NCBI RefSeq assembly: GCF_006345805.1
Contig: NW_021830456.1
Location: 1,287-65,286 of the forward strand
Length of the DNA: 64,000 bases
From: Octopus sinensis
Taxonomy: Eukaryota
Direction: 5' to 3'
Position numbers and translations under genes: made by a program. Shown here in pieces: positions 14,135 to 28,385 of this stretch (within the stretch, counting starts at the first letter, position 1; the number at the start of each line of letters is the position of its first letter). The notes beneath the pieces were generated by a model. That model was not told the origin of the DNA and ran no database searches. It worked only from the letters and a program-made list of their open reading frames with translations.

Positions 14135-14255
14135 GGCAGTCGGAGCACTAACAGAATCGTTACAATGCCGGACAACATGTTTGGCATCATATTCCCTGGC
14201 TCTATGTTTTGTGTTGATATTCTACCGAGGTCAAATTTACCTAAGGTCATCCTTC
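14135..14255 (+). mobile_element. SINE family B, highly degenerate
   Basis: cagaatcgttacaatgccggacaacatg...ttctaccgaggtcaaatttacc...tcatcctt. Confidence 0.55.
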
Positions 14256-14881
14256 TAATGCTGGGGATGTACTACGGTGGCAGCTGTTCACTACCAGTGA
14301 ACTAAAGTAACAACCCTTAATCTTCGCGCACCTTCCGGCGTATTCGAGCTGTTCCAAGCAATGCTGTTTTCAGCAATTGCTCCACCCTTACTGCAGTCTC
14401 TATTTATTCTATGTACTTCTCGAGATTTTTACTGACTCCGACAATTATTGGTACCGCTACCAATTATTGGTACCGCTACCACCGTTTTCATCGTCCACAA
14501 GTGCTTAACTTCCCAAGCTAACCTGTCATATCTCTCGACTTTTCTTTCTTCCCTATCGCATACCTTATTGTCAGGTGGGCATGCTATATCTATGATCCAG
14601 CATAGTTTGTTCTCTTTCTCAATTAAAACTATGTCTGGCTTCTTCTTTTATATCTGATGGTTACACTGAATCATAAAATCCCACAGAATTTTTGCATTAT
14701 CATTTTCGATGATGCTTTCTGGTTTGTGGTCGTACCAATTCTTTTCTCTGTCAAGACCATACTTGTTGCAAAGCGTCCAATGGACAAGCTTTGGTATATT
14801 GCCGTGGCGTCTCTTATACTCCTTCTGGGCTAGTGGCGCACATTGGCTTGTAATATGCCATACGGTTTCACCTTTTTGGCG
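14252..14881 (-). mobile_element. 5'-truncated R4/Dong-like non-LTR retrotransposon: partial CCHC knuckle, restriction-like endonuclease (RLE) and short 3' UTR
   Basis: The minus strand translates ETVWHITSQC..YKRRH..VHWTLCNKYGL..WYDHKPE..ENDNAKILWDF..KPDIVL..IIDIACP..RKVERY..VPII..KTALLGTARI. It has two stops and a 19-bp tandem duplication (caattattggtaccgctac x2). The 5' junction abuts (TAA)n. Confidence 0.9.
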
Positions 14882-14891
14882 TTAACAACAC

Positions 14892-14892
14892 G

Positions 14893-14950
<58 letters not shown>

Positions 14951-15118
14951 TTTAAAAAAGGATTGACGTAACACTTCACAAAGGTAAATAGTCAAGACGA
15001 AGAGCACTCTTCGTCTAACTAATATTATCATTATCATTATAAATTATCTCTTTATCATTTATTATTTATTTTTATTATTATTAATTTTCTTTTTTTTTAT
15101 TTATTATTATTATAAATA

Positions 15119-15213
<95 letters not shown>

Positions 15214-15215
15214 TT
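14892..15215 (-). repeat. (TAA)n microsatellite (ATT on +)
   Basis: Direct reading. Confidence 0.93.
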
Positions 15216-16680
15216 TTTGGTTCCTTATTGTTGTTGTATTAGTTGTTATATTATTATATGTATATATATTGTTGTATATATATTCTTGCTACCACAGCTC
15301 TTAAGCAGAAGCGGATTATACAGCATTCACTTGATGAAAAGAAACCTGGTTTGTTAATAGCTAACAAGCAGCTTTAGGACATTTGGACGTCCGTGTCATT
15401 GCCCTAATGATAGAAAAATATGGTAGCTCTTGTATAATTTTTTATTTGTTCATATCTTCGTAATACGCTTTAAAGGTTATTTAACATAGTGTCCTATGAA
15501 ACAGTGAGAAGAGACGCAAGACATGAACGTGATAAGAATGAATACAGCTTTAAAATGTGAAAATCAATTTTGTAAATTTTCTCAACAAAGGCACATTTTA
15601 AAAATACAAAACAGTGACAAGGGAATTGTGACGACTGAACAAGCAAACGCAAGTACGAATGCAAACATTTTAGATTTTACTAAGCACAACTGATAAAATA
15701 AACTGTGTGTGTAGTGATGTAACATCTCATCTGTTGGGAGCTTTGGATTTCATAAAAAATACAGGTTAGGGGTTAGTTCCCCGGAAAGTAGGCGGTAAAT
15801 GCATGTCACGTATGTATGTGCATCCTTGCTCGTAAATTTTTTTTCTGAAATTAGAAAGGAAGAAAATTATATAACTGTGTCTCGAAAAGTAGGGGAGAAC
15901 TACAATAAATGGTCGAGGAAGAAACGAGGGGAAACTATAACCAGTTGTTGGCATGTAATATGCTCCGAGGACCAAGGTAGGATGTATAGAACTACATGCA
16001 GGTTTTATCTGTCTGAGAACGAGATAAGTAAATAGACGGAGTATATGCTTCCCATACTGCCCCACGGGACGAAGTTGTGGTGTTAAAAAAACGCACAGAA
16101 CGATATCGGGGTGTTGTTATGGCTGTTAACTCATGAAGAGCATTGAATTATCTTGAACTGTATACGAACACGTGTGTAGTAGTGGAATGTGAGATGCAAA
16201 CGTGTTAGAGGAAGAGTAACGTGAGAGTATTCTGCTTCAAGAGTTGGGGGAGTGAAAGAAAAGTATCAGTTGTCAGGAGGGGAGTAGCACAGAGAGGGCC
16301 TGCGGGGTGCTAGAACTCGTCTTGAGTACAGAGTCACATTCACCAGGAGCCGGCGAACTAGTAGAACACCAAGAAAAAAGGGGTTGTCATCACTGCAAAT
16401 ATTCGGGAAAATATTATGGTTAGCAATTCCTTGCAAAAGGTGACGATTGTGTCGAAATGAAGACTGCAAAGATGTGGGAAAATTTTGGAAACAGGGAAAA
16501 AATTAATAAAGAAGTATCTGAGTAAAAACGCAATCATAGAGCTTGTGTAATTATGCAAACCGGAGAAGAATCAAAGCTATAAAACAATAGAACTGAGAGA
16601 GGTTGAGGAGTTGTTTGAATAATGACGGATTTGGCGAACCAATTGAAGGAATCACAAGAAATGATTACTAACCGAAGAGG

Positions 16681-17077
16681 AAATGGTATCCGAATTCAAG
16701 GAACACTTAATGATAGAATATCAGGAAACACCTATTATAAGGCTTCTGTTGTCTCCTTCACGGTTAAGGTGATAGAGTATTTGCGGAGTTCCTTAGTTAG
16801 CGTCAGTTAAAGAAAATGGTGTCGGAATGCAGGTAACACTTAATGATAGAATATCGGTTAACAACTATTATTAGGGCTTCTGTTGACTCCTTCATGGTTA
16901 AGGTGATTGTGTATTTGCCGAGTCCCTTAGTTGGCCTTAGTTAGAGAAAAATGGTGTCGGAATTCAGGGAATACTTAATGATAGAATATCATGCAACAAC
17001 TATTATTAGGGCTTTTCTCCTACATAGTTAAGGTGATCCGGTATTTGCGGGGTTCCTTAGTTGACTTTAGTTGGAGA
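16681..17077 (+). repeat. Minisatellite, 3 copies of a 133-135 bp unit
   Basis: Units start aaatggtRtc at 16681, 16814 and 16949 and share acttaatgatagaatatc, agggctt, gttaaggtgat and ccttagtt. Confidence 0.93.
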
Positions 17078-17235
17078 GTCCCCTGTATCAAGAGGAATGC
17101 TTCAACAATGTATTCACATATTCTATAAACTATGTATAATTTTATCTCTCATTTCCACTCAATTTTGTGCCCCTCACACTAATTGTAAACTGCGCATCTG
17201 CATTTCCAGTGGCAAATGAAAAAAAAATTCCTTAT

Positions 17236-17624
17236 CGGTTTGGCTATGTGGTGTGGCTATGATTCCCAAGCACATCGTTCCGTATTCAGTCCCACAGTGC
17301 GGCACTTTGAATAAGTGCCTTCTACTATAGCCCCTGGCTGACTAAATCCTCGTGAGTGGATTTGGTAACAGAAACGGAAACTGAAAGGAGCTCGTTATGT
17401 GCGTGTGTGTTTGCCCCCACTACCACCACTGATTGATAACCGGTGTGGGTGTGTTTACTTTCCCTGTAAACTAGCGATTCGGCAAAAAAAACTCATAGAA
17501 TAAGTAGGAGACTTAAAAGAAAAATAAACAAGTAGTGGAGCCGATTTATATAACTAAAAATAATTCAAGGCGGTGCACCAGCATGGCCATTGTCTAATAA
17601 ATGAAGCAAGCTTAAAATAAAAGA
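17236..17624 (+). mobile_element. SINE family A
   Basis: ttcagtccca...ttctactatagcc...gtgagtggatttggta...aaggcggtgcaccagcatggcc. Confidence 0.85.
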
Positions 17625-18299
17625 TTCAAATGTTTAAATATATGTATTTTCCAGAGTATCAAAACGAGCATCTATAGTCCTTGGTAAGACGACTCACAAT
17701 ACCGATTATATCAATTTAACATCGTACCCACAATTCGAACGTTTGCACAGGAATCTCATTAACTGAATATGTGCGATAAGAAGCCGATGATGCTACAGCT
17801 TGGCCACAGATCCTGTGAAAAATTTATGGCAGATCGTTAAGTAAAGGTAGAAATTAAGATCTTTCAGAATGAAAAACAGAAAAAGAGAAAACGAAATCTT
17901 ATTTGCAGCATTTCAGAAAAGAATGCCACAAATTGGAGCCGGTCATAGGAAAAAAAATAGAATACTTTGCTGGCAGCATCATTGGAAAGATTACACAAGT
18001 TGAAGATAATCCTGCCACAGGCATTGATTATTAAAATTTAGCACTGAAAAATATAAAGATATAAATTTAATAGAATAGAGTTAAATTTGTAGCCATTTTC
18101 TTTTTATATTTATAAATATGAATGGAATAAAATTTGTTTGATTTGAAGAAAATCAAAATTGTTTTGGGAAAAAAAAATTCATAAATTTGCGTGGATTTCC
18201 CTATTTTCCAAATATACTCATAGACACTTGTGTATGCGGGTGTGTGTGTGTATAGACAATCATACATACACATATATATATTTATATCTATGGATATTC

Positions 18300-18339
<40 letters not shown>

Positions 18340-18491
18340 ATGAAAACACAGTCATATATGTGTATGCATGTGTGTGTATGCATGTGTGTGTATGCATGTG
18401 TATGAAAACACAGTCATATATGTGCGTATAAATATATATAAATGTGTGTTTCTGTGTCTGTGTACTTATATATATATGTATATATGTATAT

Positions 18492-18526
<35 letters not shown>

Positions 18527-18585
18527 TCACATATATTTAAATACACACGCACGTAATACATACCCACACATATGTATATATGTAT

Positions 18586-18620
<35 letters not shown>

Positions 18621-18634
18621 ATATATATATATAT

Positions 18635-18668
<34 letters not shown>

Positions 18669-19104
18669 ATATACATACGTACATACATACAGATTTTGAT
18701 AAAGGAATCTATACCATGTGTGTGTATATGTGTATACATAAAGTAATAAATATACAACGGCATACAAGTATACGCACACTCAAACACCACACATATGCGC
18801 ACTTACAAACATACACATTCATAACCATATGTGTATAGTTGGAAATTTTACCTAAAAAATTTTATATTGAGAACACGACTTTGCATATGTTTTACCTTTT
18901 TTCATTTGAATCGTTCTTCCTTGATTAGACAATTCTGTGTCGTTTGGAACAATAAGGTTCCTAGGCATATCCGTTGGTCATCGTTTCAAGACATTCTAAA
19001 AATTTGTGGAACAAGCATTTGGTAATGCTTGTTGTTATTGTGCTTTCATTAATGCAACGTATCATGAAAATAATGTTCTATCCTTTTAAAAATCGTCACG
19101 AAAA

Positions 19105-19260
<156 letters not shown>

Positions 19261-19764
19261 TCTCAATATATATATGGATATATATGTATATATATATATA
19301 AATATATGTATATATATATGTATATATTTAATATATATATATAATATATATATATATATATACACATATGCATGTATACATACATACCTAAATATATATG
19401 TATATATATCTATACATTTATATGTATATATATATAAATATCTATATACATATAAGTATATATATATATGTATATATTTATATACATACACATATATATA
19501 TATATATATATTCATATACATATATATATACATATACACTTGCAGAACTGTTGAATTGATTATGTTGAATTTCCAACACATATAGATCCATACACACAAA
19601 CTCACACAGATACGAATATATATAATATATATGCACATATATGTATATATGTCTTTCTTTCTCTCACTCTCGTTGCCTCTCTCTTTTTCTCTCTCTCAAT
19701 CTTGCTATCTCTCTCCATATACATATGTGTGTGTGTGTTCGTGTACATACATATACGTAAAGGG

Positions 19765-20085
19765 GCGCAGCAGTGATAAGAAGTAATTATATTTTGCTAT
19801 ATCTTCGGACTGACCAAAGCCTTGTGAGTGGCTTTAGGAGACCAGAAACAGAAGCTGCCATATGTACATATATAAATGTGTGTGTGTGTGTGAACTTTGT
19901 GTCTGTGTTTACGTGCCCATCACCGCTTGACAATCGGTATTGGTGTGTCTAGCTCTCAGGAAGCTAGCGATACTATGCTTTACAAAATTAGTCTCTGGCT
20001 CCCTTCGTTCGACTAAAACTCTTCAACGCAGTACTCCAGCATGACTGCATTCAAATGACTAAAGAGTATGAAAGAATAAAAGAAT
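19765..20085 (+). mobile_element. SINE family A, degenerate
   Basis: gaccaaagccttgtgagtgg...cgcttgacaatcgg...tactccagcatgactgcattcaaatgact. Confidence 0.75.
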
Positions 20086-20091
20086 ATATAC

Positions 20092-20195
<104 letters not shown>

Positions 20196-20211
20196 GTGTA
20201 CGTATGTTTGT

Positions 20212-20669
20212 AAGTCTCTTCTGTCTTGTGATTATTATAAATCTTCCACTGAGGAGGGACCCGTTTTTCAGCAAAGATAGGGACACAGACAAAGATAGGG
20301 ACACAAACAAATTAGCTGACACAGACAAATTCACATTTGCAACTTGACAAAAGTCTTGCATATTTTTACTGTTCCTCTCACAATTGCACTGTAACATAAG
20401 AATCAGACGGTCAGTTTCTCTTCCTGAAAATCCCAGTTTATCCAGATTCTCCTTTAAGCATTTACTAACAAAACCTAGTGCCCAAATCACTATTGGTATG
20501 AATATGAATTCATAGTCTGGATATAGAAGATGGAGGTTGCGAAGCAGTTGTCCGAAGAAATCCTCTTCATCTTTCATTTCGAAAGATATATTTATATCTG
20601 CAGGGCAGCTGACCTCCATCATGCTACATACCTTTACTTTTCTTTCCCAAACAAGAACATCCAGCCGGT

Positions 20670-20670
<1 letters not shown>
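20212..20670 (-). mobile_element. 5'-truncated RLE-type non-LTR retrotransposon fragment (second family)
   Basis: NRLDVLVWERKVKVCSMMEVSCPADINIS....GQLLRNLHLLYPDYEFIFIPIVIWALGFVSKCLKENL is a decayed RPD..E.SCP.D.N..K..Y..P(I)VIGALG RLE motif; flanked by (CATA)n and (TA)n. Confidence 0.8.
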
Positions 20671-20703
<33 letters not shown>

Positions 20704-21114
20704 TGTATGTATGTATGTATGTATGTATGTATATTCATGTATGTATGTATGTGTGAGTGTGTGTATGCGCATATGGGCACATAAAAATGGTCTCTCTTAG
20801 AGATTTCGTCTATCAAAATCGACCAATAATCCTACTAATTATTTAGCAGAAAACACTTGCTCAAAGTGCAAAGTAGTGCGATCGAACCCGCTTCCCAGAC
20901 AGTCGTACACAATTTTGTGTATGTTTGCGCACATGCCTACTTTTATGTGTGTTTGTGTGTGTATGAGTATACGTAAATGCATATGTCTTTCTCTGAACGC
21001 GTAGTAATGTTTACACATTCCATTGTATAACAAATATTATAAAATTTTTGTGGGATCACAATTAAAAGTATTATATACACATAAATTCATTTTCGTGCAT
21101 TCATATATATATAC

Positions 21115-21191
<77 letters not shown>

Positions 21192-21749
21192 ATATGAAAT
21201 ATATAGAATTTATGGTCCTCGGTGTGTAATATATATAAAGTAAGTAATCATTTTAACGAATTCTTTACAACAATTTTATTTATTCCTTTCTATAACCGAT
21301 ATAAACTCGTCGCATTCTCTTTCAATTCTATTTTTGTGTTTGCTCCGCCATACATTTATATTGATGGCTACAGCTCAATAAAGATAACGAGCCGTTGGAG
21401 TGCAATTATTAGAATTTTAATGTGTGAGTGAAACACTTGTCTATATTGAAACGAAGTTATAAAAACAATATCGTTACCCATAGCATTGAATAATCTAATG
21501 TATCTCAATAAAATATGTTGATGCTATATATGGTATGGTCAGTAATTAATTTGACAATTGCTACTTGTGAGGATTCGGAAAACATTTTGCTTAAATATCT
21601 TAGGCTTCCCTTCTTCCTCTTGCTGTTGTTTATACGAGAATATAAAATGATTTCATTACAATTTATAATCGCCATCTTCACACGTAGATATACCTAACTG
21701 CTGAGGCACACGTCATACCAAAATATAGAAGTGCACCTATAATGATATA

Positions 21750-21780
<31 letters not shown>

Positions 21781-21954
21781 CACTTACGAGTGCATGTGTT
21801 ATCGTGTAAATTTATTTGAGTATATTTAACGCTCATTCATGCACGTGGCCATCTTAATATACATATGCGTATTTATATAAATCTACATATATATTTTTAT
21901 TTATCACTTTAAAGTTAACTAGCTTTCTATATGATTTTAACATATTTGAACATA

Positions 21955-22735
<781 letters not shown>

Positions 22736-23174
22736 AAAAAAATATATCCATGTATATAAACACGCGATATATTTATATGCGTATATCACGGTCTCACGAT
22801 TTGCATTAGACTATCGGATGTGGGTATACATCGCTCGTCACAATGCATTTCATATTATGGTTTGATTTCGAATGACGCGAGCAGGCCAACCCTACAGGGT
22901 TACCCATTTTCACATGAGTGAACTGGGGCACTACTCGCATTAACAAAGGGATGTGGGTTCGTGTCACACGCAGATAGGAATGCATTCTATATATATATAT
23001 TTTTTTTTTTGTCGACGGATTATGCTTTAAACAGGGATTGTATCTAAAATAGGATTATGGATTATCTTTCACAATACATCATTAGATAAACTTAATTCCG
23101 AAGTATCTAATACCAATTCAATATGGTGACTGTTACTATACTATCGTTATTATTCTCAGTATTATACCATCAAT

Positions 23175-23380
23175 GGGCGGCAAGCTGGCAGACTCGTTAG
23201 CACACCGGATGAAATGCTTAGCGGCATTTCTTCCGTCTTTACGTTATTCTACCGGGATCATCTTTACCTTTCGTCTTTTCGGGATCGATACGATAAGTAC
23301 CAGTTGAGTAATGGGATTGATTTAATCGATTTTAGTGCCTCTCCATAAACTTCTATACTTGAGCCAGAATTTGAAGCCAT
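23175..23380 (+). mobile_element. SINE family B monomer
   Basis: ggcggcaagctggcagactcgttagcacaccggatgaaatgcttagcggcatttc head. Confidence 0.85.
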
Positions 23381-23554
23381 TATTATATAGTCGAAAAGGC
23401 TTGTGCATAGTCCAGCGACTTGCCTAGAAATAACAGTCAAATCTCCCTGAAATCATTTCCTGTTTATTTACATGAACAAACTGATAATTAGTTAATACTA
23501 ATTCGGAATTAATTAAAAAGCAACACTATCCTCTGTTCCATAATCATCAACAAC

Positions 23555-23765
23555 ATCATTATTGTTTTCATCACATCATCATCATCATCATCATCATCAT
23601 CGTTGACATCATCATCGTCGACGTCGTCGACGTCACCGTCATCATCATCATCATCATCATCATCGTCATCATCGTCATCATCATCATCATCTTCATCGTC
23701 GTCATCATCATCATCGTCATCATCATCATCATCATCATCATCACCATCACCATCGTCATTTGCAA
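23555..23765 (+). repeat. (ATC/GTC)n microsatellite
   Basis: Direct reading. Confidence 0.95.
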
Positions 23766-24041
23766 CACCAACAATAACAATATGTTCCCTGGACGTTGTC
23801 ATCGTTGGCCGTTGTCGCCGTCCTCATTATTATCATCGACAGCAGCAGCAGCAGTAGAAATCACACCAGAGTTCTCGCCGTCATCACTGTCACGGCCGTC
23901 ATCGTAGATGTTCTGCTATCGTTTTCCTCCTCCTTATCATTATCATCATCATCATAATCATTATCACCAACAACAAGAGTTACAACAACAACCTTCATTA
24001 TCACTACAAACGCCAAAACTAAGTCAACAATTCTCGACAGT

Positions 24042-24202
24042 CGCAGGAATGGCTGTGTGGTAAGTAGCTTACTTACCAACCACATGGTTCCGGGTTAAGT
24101 TCCACTGCATGGCACTTTGGGCAAATGTCTTCTACTATAGCCTCGGGCCGACCAAAGCCTTGAGAGTGGATTCAGTAGACGGAAACTGAAAGAAGCCCGT
24201 CG

Positions 24203-24253
<51 letters not shown>

Positions 24254-24445
24254 ATCTTTGTGTGTCTGTGTTTGTCCCCCCAACATCGCTTGACAACCGA
24301 TGCTGATGTGTTTACGTCCCCGAGAGACCGATGGAACAAGTACTAGTCTTACAAATAATAAGTCCTGGGGTCGATTTGCTCAACTAAAGGCGGTGCTCCA
24401 GCATGGCCGCAGTCAAATGACTGAAACAAATAAAATAAAAAAAAA
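24042..24445 (+). mobile_element. SINE family A, near full-length and relatively young
   Basis: A-box-like tggctgtgtggtaag, B-box-like gggttaagttcc, internal (TA)/(TATG) tract, tail aaggcggtgctccagcatggccgcagtcaaatgactgaaac. Confidence 0.95.
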
Positions 24446-25074
24446 GAAAGAATTAAATGAGAGAATGCAGAATGGCTTCAAATCGTTGCTTATTTAATGG
24501 ACGGATTAGGTCAACAAACGTGCTTTATCCGTTGAGCTTATCTCGAAATGGTAGAGTCAAGCTGTAGCATCGTCATGGTAAAAATTTATCAGATTAATCC
24601 ATAATACTTGAGAGGAATATACTCCTAAATAAACAACTTCTTTGGTCATCAGTGATATTTTCAACATCCTACGAACCCACTTTGCTGTTTGTGACCAACT
24701 TCGAATGCAATTTTGGCAGCGTTCTTTTTCGATAATAATTAGATAACAATTAGCGATTTCTAATTGGAGATCGCTAAGATAGTTTTTAACAGTCTGAAAT
24801 AAGTAGTGGGTCCGAGAGGGTCACTTTAGACCATTAAGACTGAAGCAGCAACTCTGCTACATTCCGCCTTGTGAATCTGGAAAAATCATAAAATATATAG
24901 AAAGCGTGTGAATCTTCGGTTACTCGGCGATACAGAAGTCTGCATCGCTGTCTAATTTATAATTGCATAAAGGAAACGGTGACAAATATTGCACGAATGT
25001 CTATCTATGTCTGAAATATAAATACATACATACACACATATATACATGTATGTGTGTGTGTGCGTGTGTCTGCG

Positions 25075-25115
<41 letters not shown>

Positions 25116-25369
25116 CTCTCTTTATTTATATAAATATATATACAAATATATATACACATACAAACACACACACACACACACACATACACACAGGCTCACA
25201 CACACACATATATATATATAGATCACTTTCTTAATTTGTAACAAGCATTGCATTAAATCATTAATATTCTTTCACTGTGTATGTATCAACTCTTGCTGTA
25301 TATATATTTTGCTTACACGGTCTTACACGAATACACATGCACTCTCATAAAGTGTCACACAAGCACTTG

Positions 25370-25517
25370 CTTTCAGTCTGTCTGTCTTTCTCTCTTTCTT
25401 TCTCGCTCTCTCTGTCTCTCCCTCTCTCTCTGTCTCTCTATCTCTCTCTGTCTCTCTGTCTCTCTCTGTCTCCCCTCACTCTCTCTCTCTCTCTGTCTCC
25501 CCTCGCCCTCTCTCTCT

Positions 25518-25558
<41 letters not shown>

Positions 25559-25560
25559 TT
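25370..25560 (+). repeat. Degenerate (TC)n polypyrimidine tract
   Basis: Direct reading. Confidence 0.93.
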
Positions 25561-25591
25561 CCGTCTCTCTGTCTATCTATTTATTCTCACA

Positions 25592-25628
<37 letters not shown>

Positions 25629-26635
25629 ACATATATATATATATATATTTATATATCATGTATATTTAAATATAAACACATATACACTAAATCTTACATA
25701 TAAATATATACATATACACACATATACGTACAGACATGTTATATGTACCTCTACGTTACATATATCACTTAATCTTTCATCTAATGGAATACTGTCTTAC
25801 AATCTCACGATAAATTACCAAAGTGGCAAATAGAGAGAAACAGTGCCTAGAAAGGCGAATGTCAGACCAAAATCAAATCTAGTGTATCCTAGACGTGGGG
25901 ACAGTCATGGCGTATAAAATACACAGACATGAAGGTCGCATGTTAATCCCGATTATTAATCACGAAACCTTGCCTGCCATCATCTTATTACTGTCACCTG
26001 ACTATGACACAAATATCCATGCTTTACATATATATATTTTTTGCTTTATCTATATTGCTTATATTTTTATTTTCTATTATTGTTTTTGTTCTTTTGTTTA
26101 ATATAATGTATTATTCAATATATGTAATTTTGTATATTTTATTTTTTGGTATTATTTTGCAGTTTGAATTAGATCTCGCCATGTTTTTAGTTCGATTTAA
26201 TGTCAGTTACCTCCCCATGTCCAAATAACGACGCCATAAGGGATTAGTTTTTCACTCTTAGTGATATACTTACTTAGCATTGCTCCGGTTCACAATTTGT
26301 CTACGGAGAGCGACCACGCAAAAATTAATGCATTGAAAACGAAAGTGAAACGACGGCAATGATGACGTTGAAAATTTTATTGCAATACTCTATTAAAAGC
26401 CTTTACAGAAGCAGCAGCATCAGCAGCAGGAGCAACAACAACAACAATAACAACAACAGTTGTAACAACAACAGTTGTAGCAACAACAACACCAGCGGTA
26501 GTATGAGGTTGTGCAGAACAGATACAATTTTAATACCGTTTTTATGTTGTCTCCTGTCGTCACAGCATATCGCCATCGCTCCCCATGTTTTCCACTTCAG
26601 ATTTCACTCATTCGCATCTGGGTCTTGGACCTATG

Positions 26636-26714
26636 CAAAATAATAATAATAATAATGATAATAATAATAATGACAATGATAATAATAATAATAACGATAA
26701 TAATAATAATAACG

Positions 26715-26747
<33 letters not shown>

Positions 26748-26805
26748 TGATAATAATAATAATGACAATGATAATAATATAATAACGATAATAATAATAA
26801 TAACG

Positions 26806-26842
<37 letters not shown>

Positions 26843-27126
26843 TAATAATAATAATAATAATAATAATATTGATAATAATAATAACAATAATAATAATGAT
26901 AAGGGCTTCCCGTGAGAATAAGCTATAATAATATGTCGCCAAGAAGATATTTTATACATGCGTCCAAACATACATACAGGCATACATACATACATACATA
27001 CATACATACATACATACATACATACATACATACATACGTATATAAACGCAGCTATACAGCTATGCATACACACGTACATAAATACATGAACAACTACATA
27101 TCTACATATATACATACACACACAAA

Positions 27127-27169
<43 letters not shown>

Positions 27170-27592
27170 GTAAACTTATATATATACATCTATACATATA
27201 TACGTGCACATACATGCATAATTACATACAAACATGCGTCCATACATACATATATACATAAATGTGTCTATACATCTATGCATACAGGTATACATAAATA
27301 CATACACATATACATATTTACATATATACATACACACACATGTACATATGTGCATAAATACATACATGCATCAATACATACATGCATCAATACATTTATG
27401 CATACATACATGCATACATATATACATACATGCACATATACATACATGCATAAATTCATACATATGTACATACATACATGAATAAATAGTACGTACATAT
27501 ATACATTCATCAATATGTAACAATTCATGCTCATACATACATACGTATGTCTTTGCATAACTCTCTTCACTGTCTTCATTTATCTATCTACA

Positions 27593-27675
<83 letters not shown>

Positions 27676-27680
27676 TTATC
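26636..27680 (+). repeat. Compound (AAT)n, (ACAT)n and (TCTA)n microsatellite field
   Basis: Direct reading. Confidence 0.93.
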
Positions 27681-27809
27681 AAGCTGTCTGTCAGTCTATC
27701 GGTCTGTCTCTGTCTGTTCATTTCTATTTCATTCTGCGTTACTCTCTTAAAACGTTCGGTAATTTTGCAAGTTGTTTAGTCATAGATTTTCAACACACAT
27801 ACATACACA

Positions 27810-28385
27810 TGCGTACATACTTACATACAGAACTTTCCAGAGGTTTATCATTTAAATGTATAAGAGCATGTCTAGATATGCAACTATAGACATAAGAATA
27901 CATACATAAAGCAAAACATGCAAATCTGCACATACACATACATAAAAACATTCATACATCCATACATACTTACACACATACATACGTACATACTGACATA
28001 CATACATACATACATACATACATACATACATACAAACAGAAATACCGTGTTGTTGACATTCCAAGGTGCCTAGGATCTAGGTTAGAAACCGGCTCTTTCT
28101 CTATTGGCCAGAAATCTTGAAATAAAACTGAATAATGACATATATACATACATACAGAACTTTCCCAGAAATTTATCATTTATATATATGAGCATGTCTA
28201 GATATGCAACTACATGCATGGAAATTCATGCATAAAGCAAAATATACAAATCTGCACATATGCATACATACATACATAGTTGTTGACGCTGAAATTCCAA
28301 TGAAGGAAGAACCTTGGATTTAGGTTAGAAACCGGTTCTTTCTCTATTGGCAAGAAATCTTGAAATCAAACTGAACAATGACATA
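27810..28385 (+). repeat. Local tandem duplication, unit about 325 bp
   Basis: acatacagaactttcc...gagcatgtctagatatgcaacta...aaatctgcacata and gttgttgac...taggttagaaaccgg.tctttctctattggc.agaaatcttgaaat.aaactgaa.aatgaca each occur twice in the same order. Confidence 0.9.

Noticed and set aside
16681-17077. CRISPR-like or other spacer array
   Set aside because: Whole units are repeated with no unique spacers, and the context is eukaryotic; it is a minisatellite
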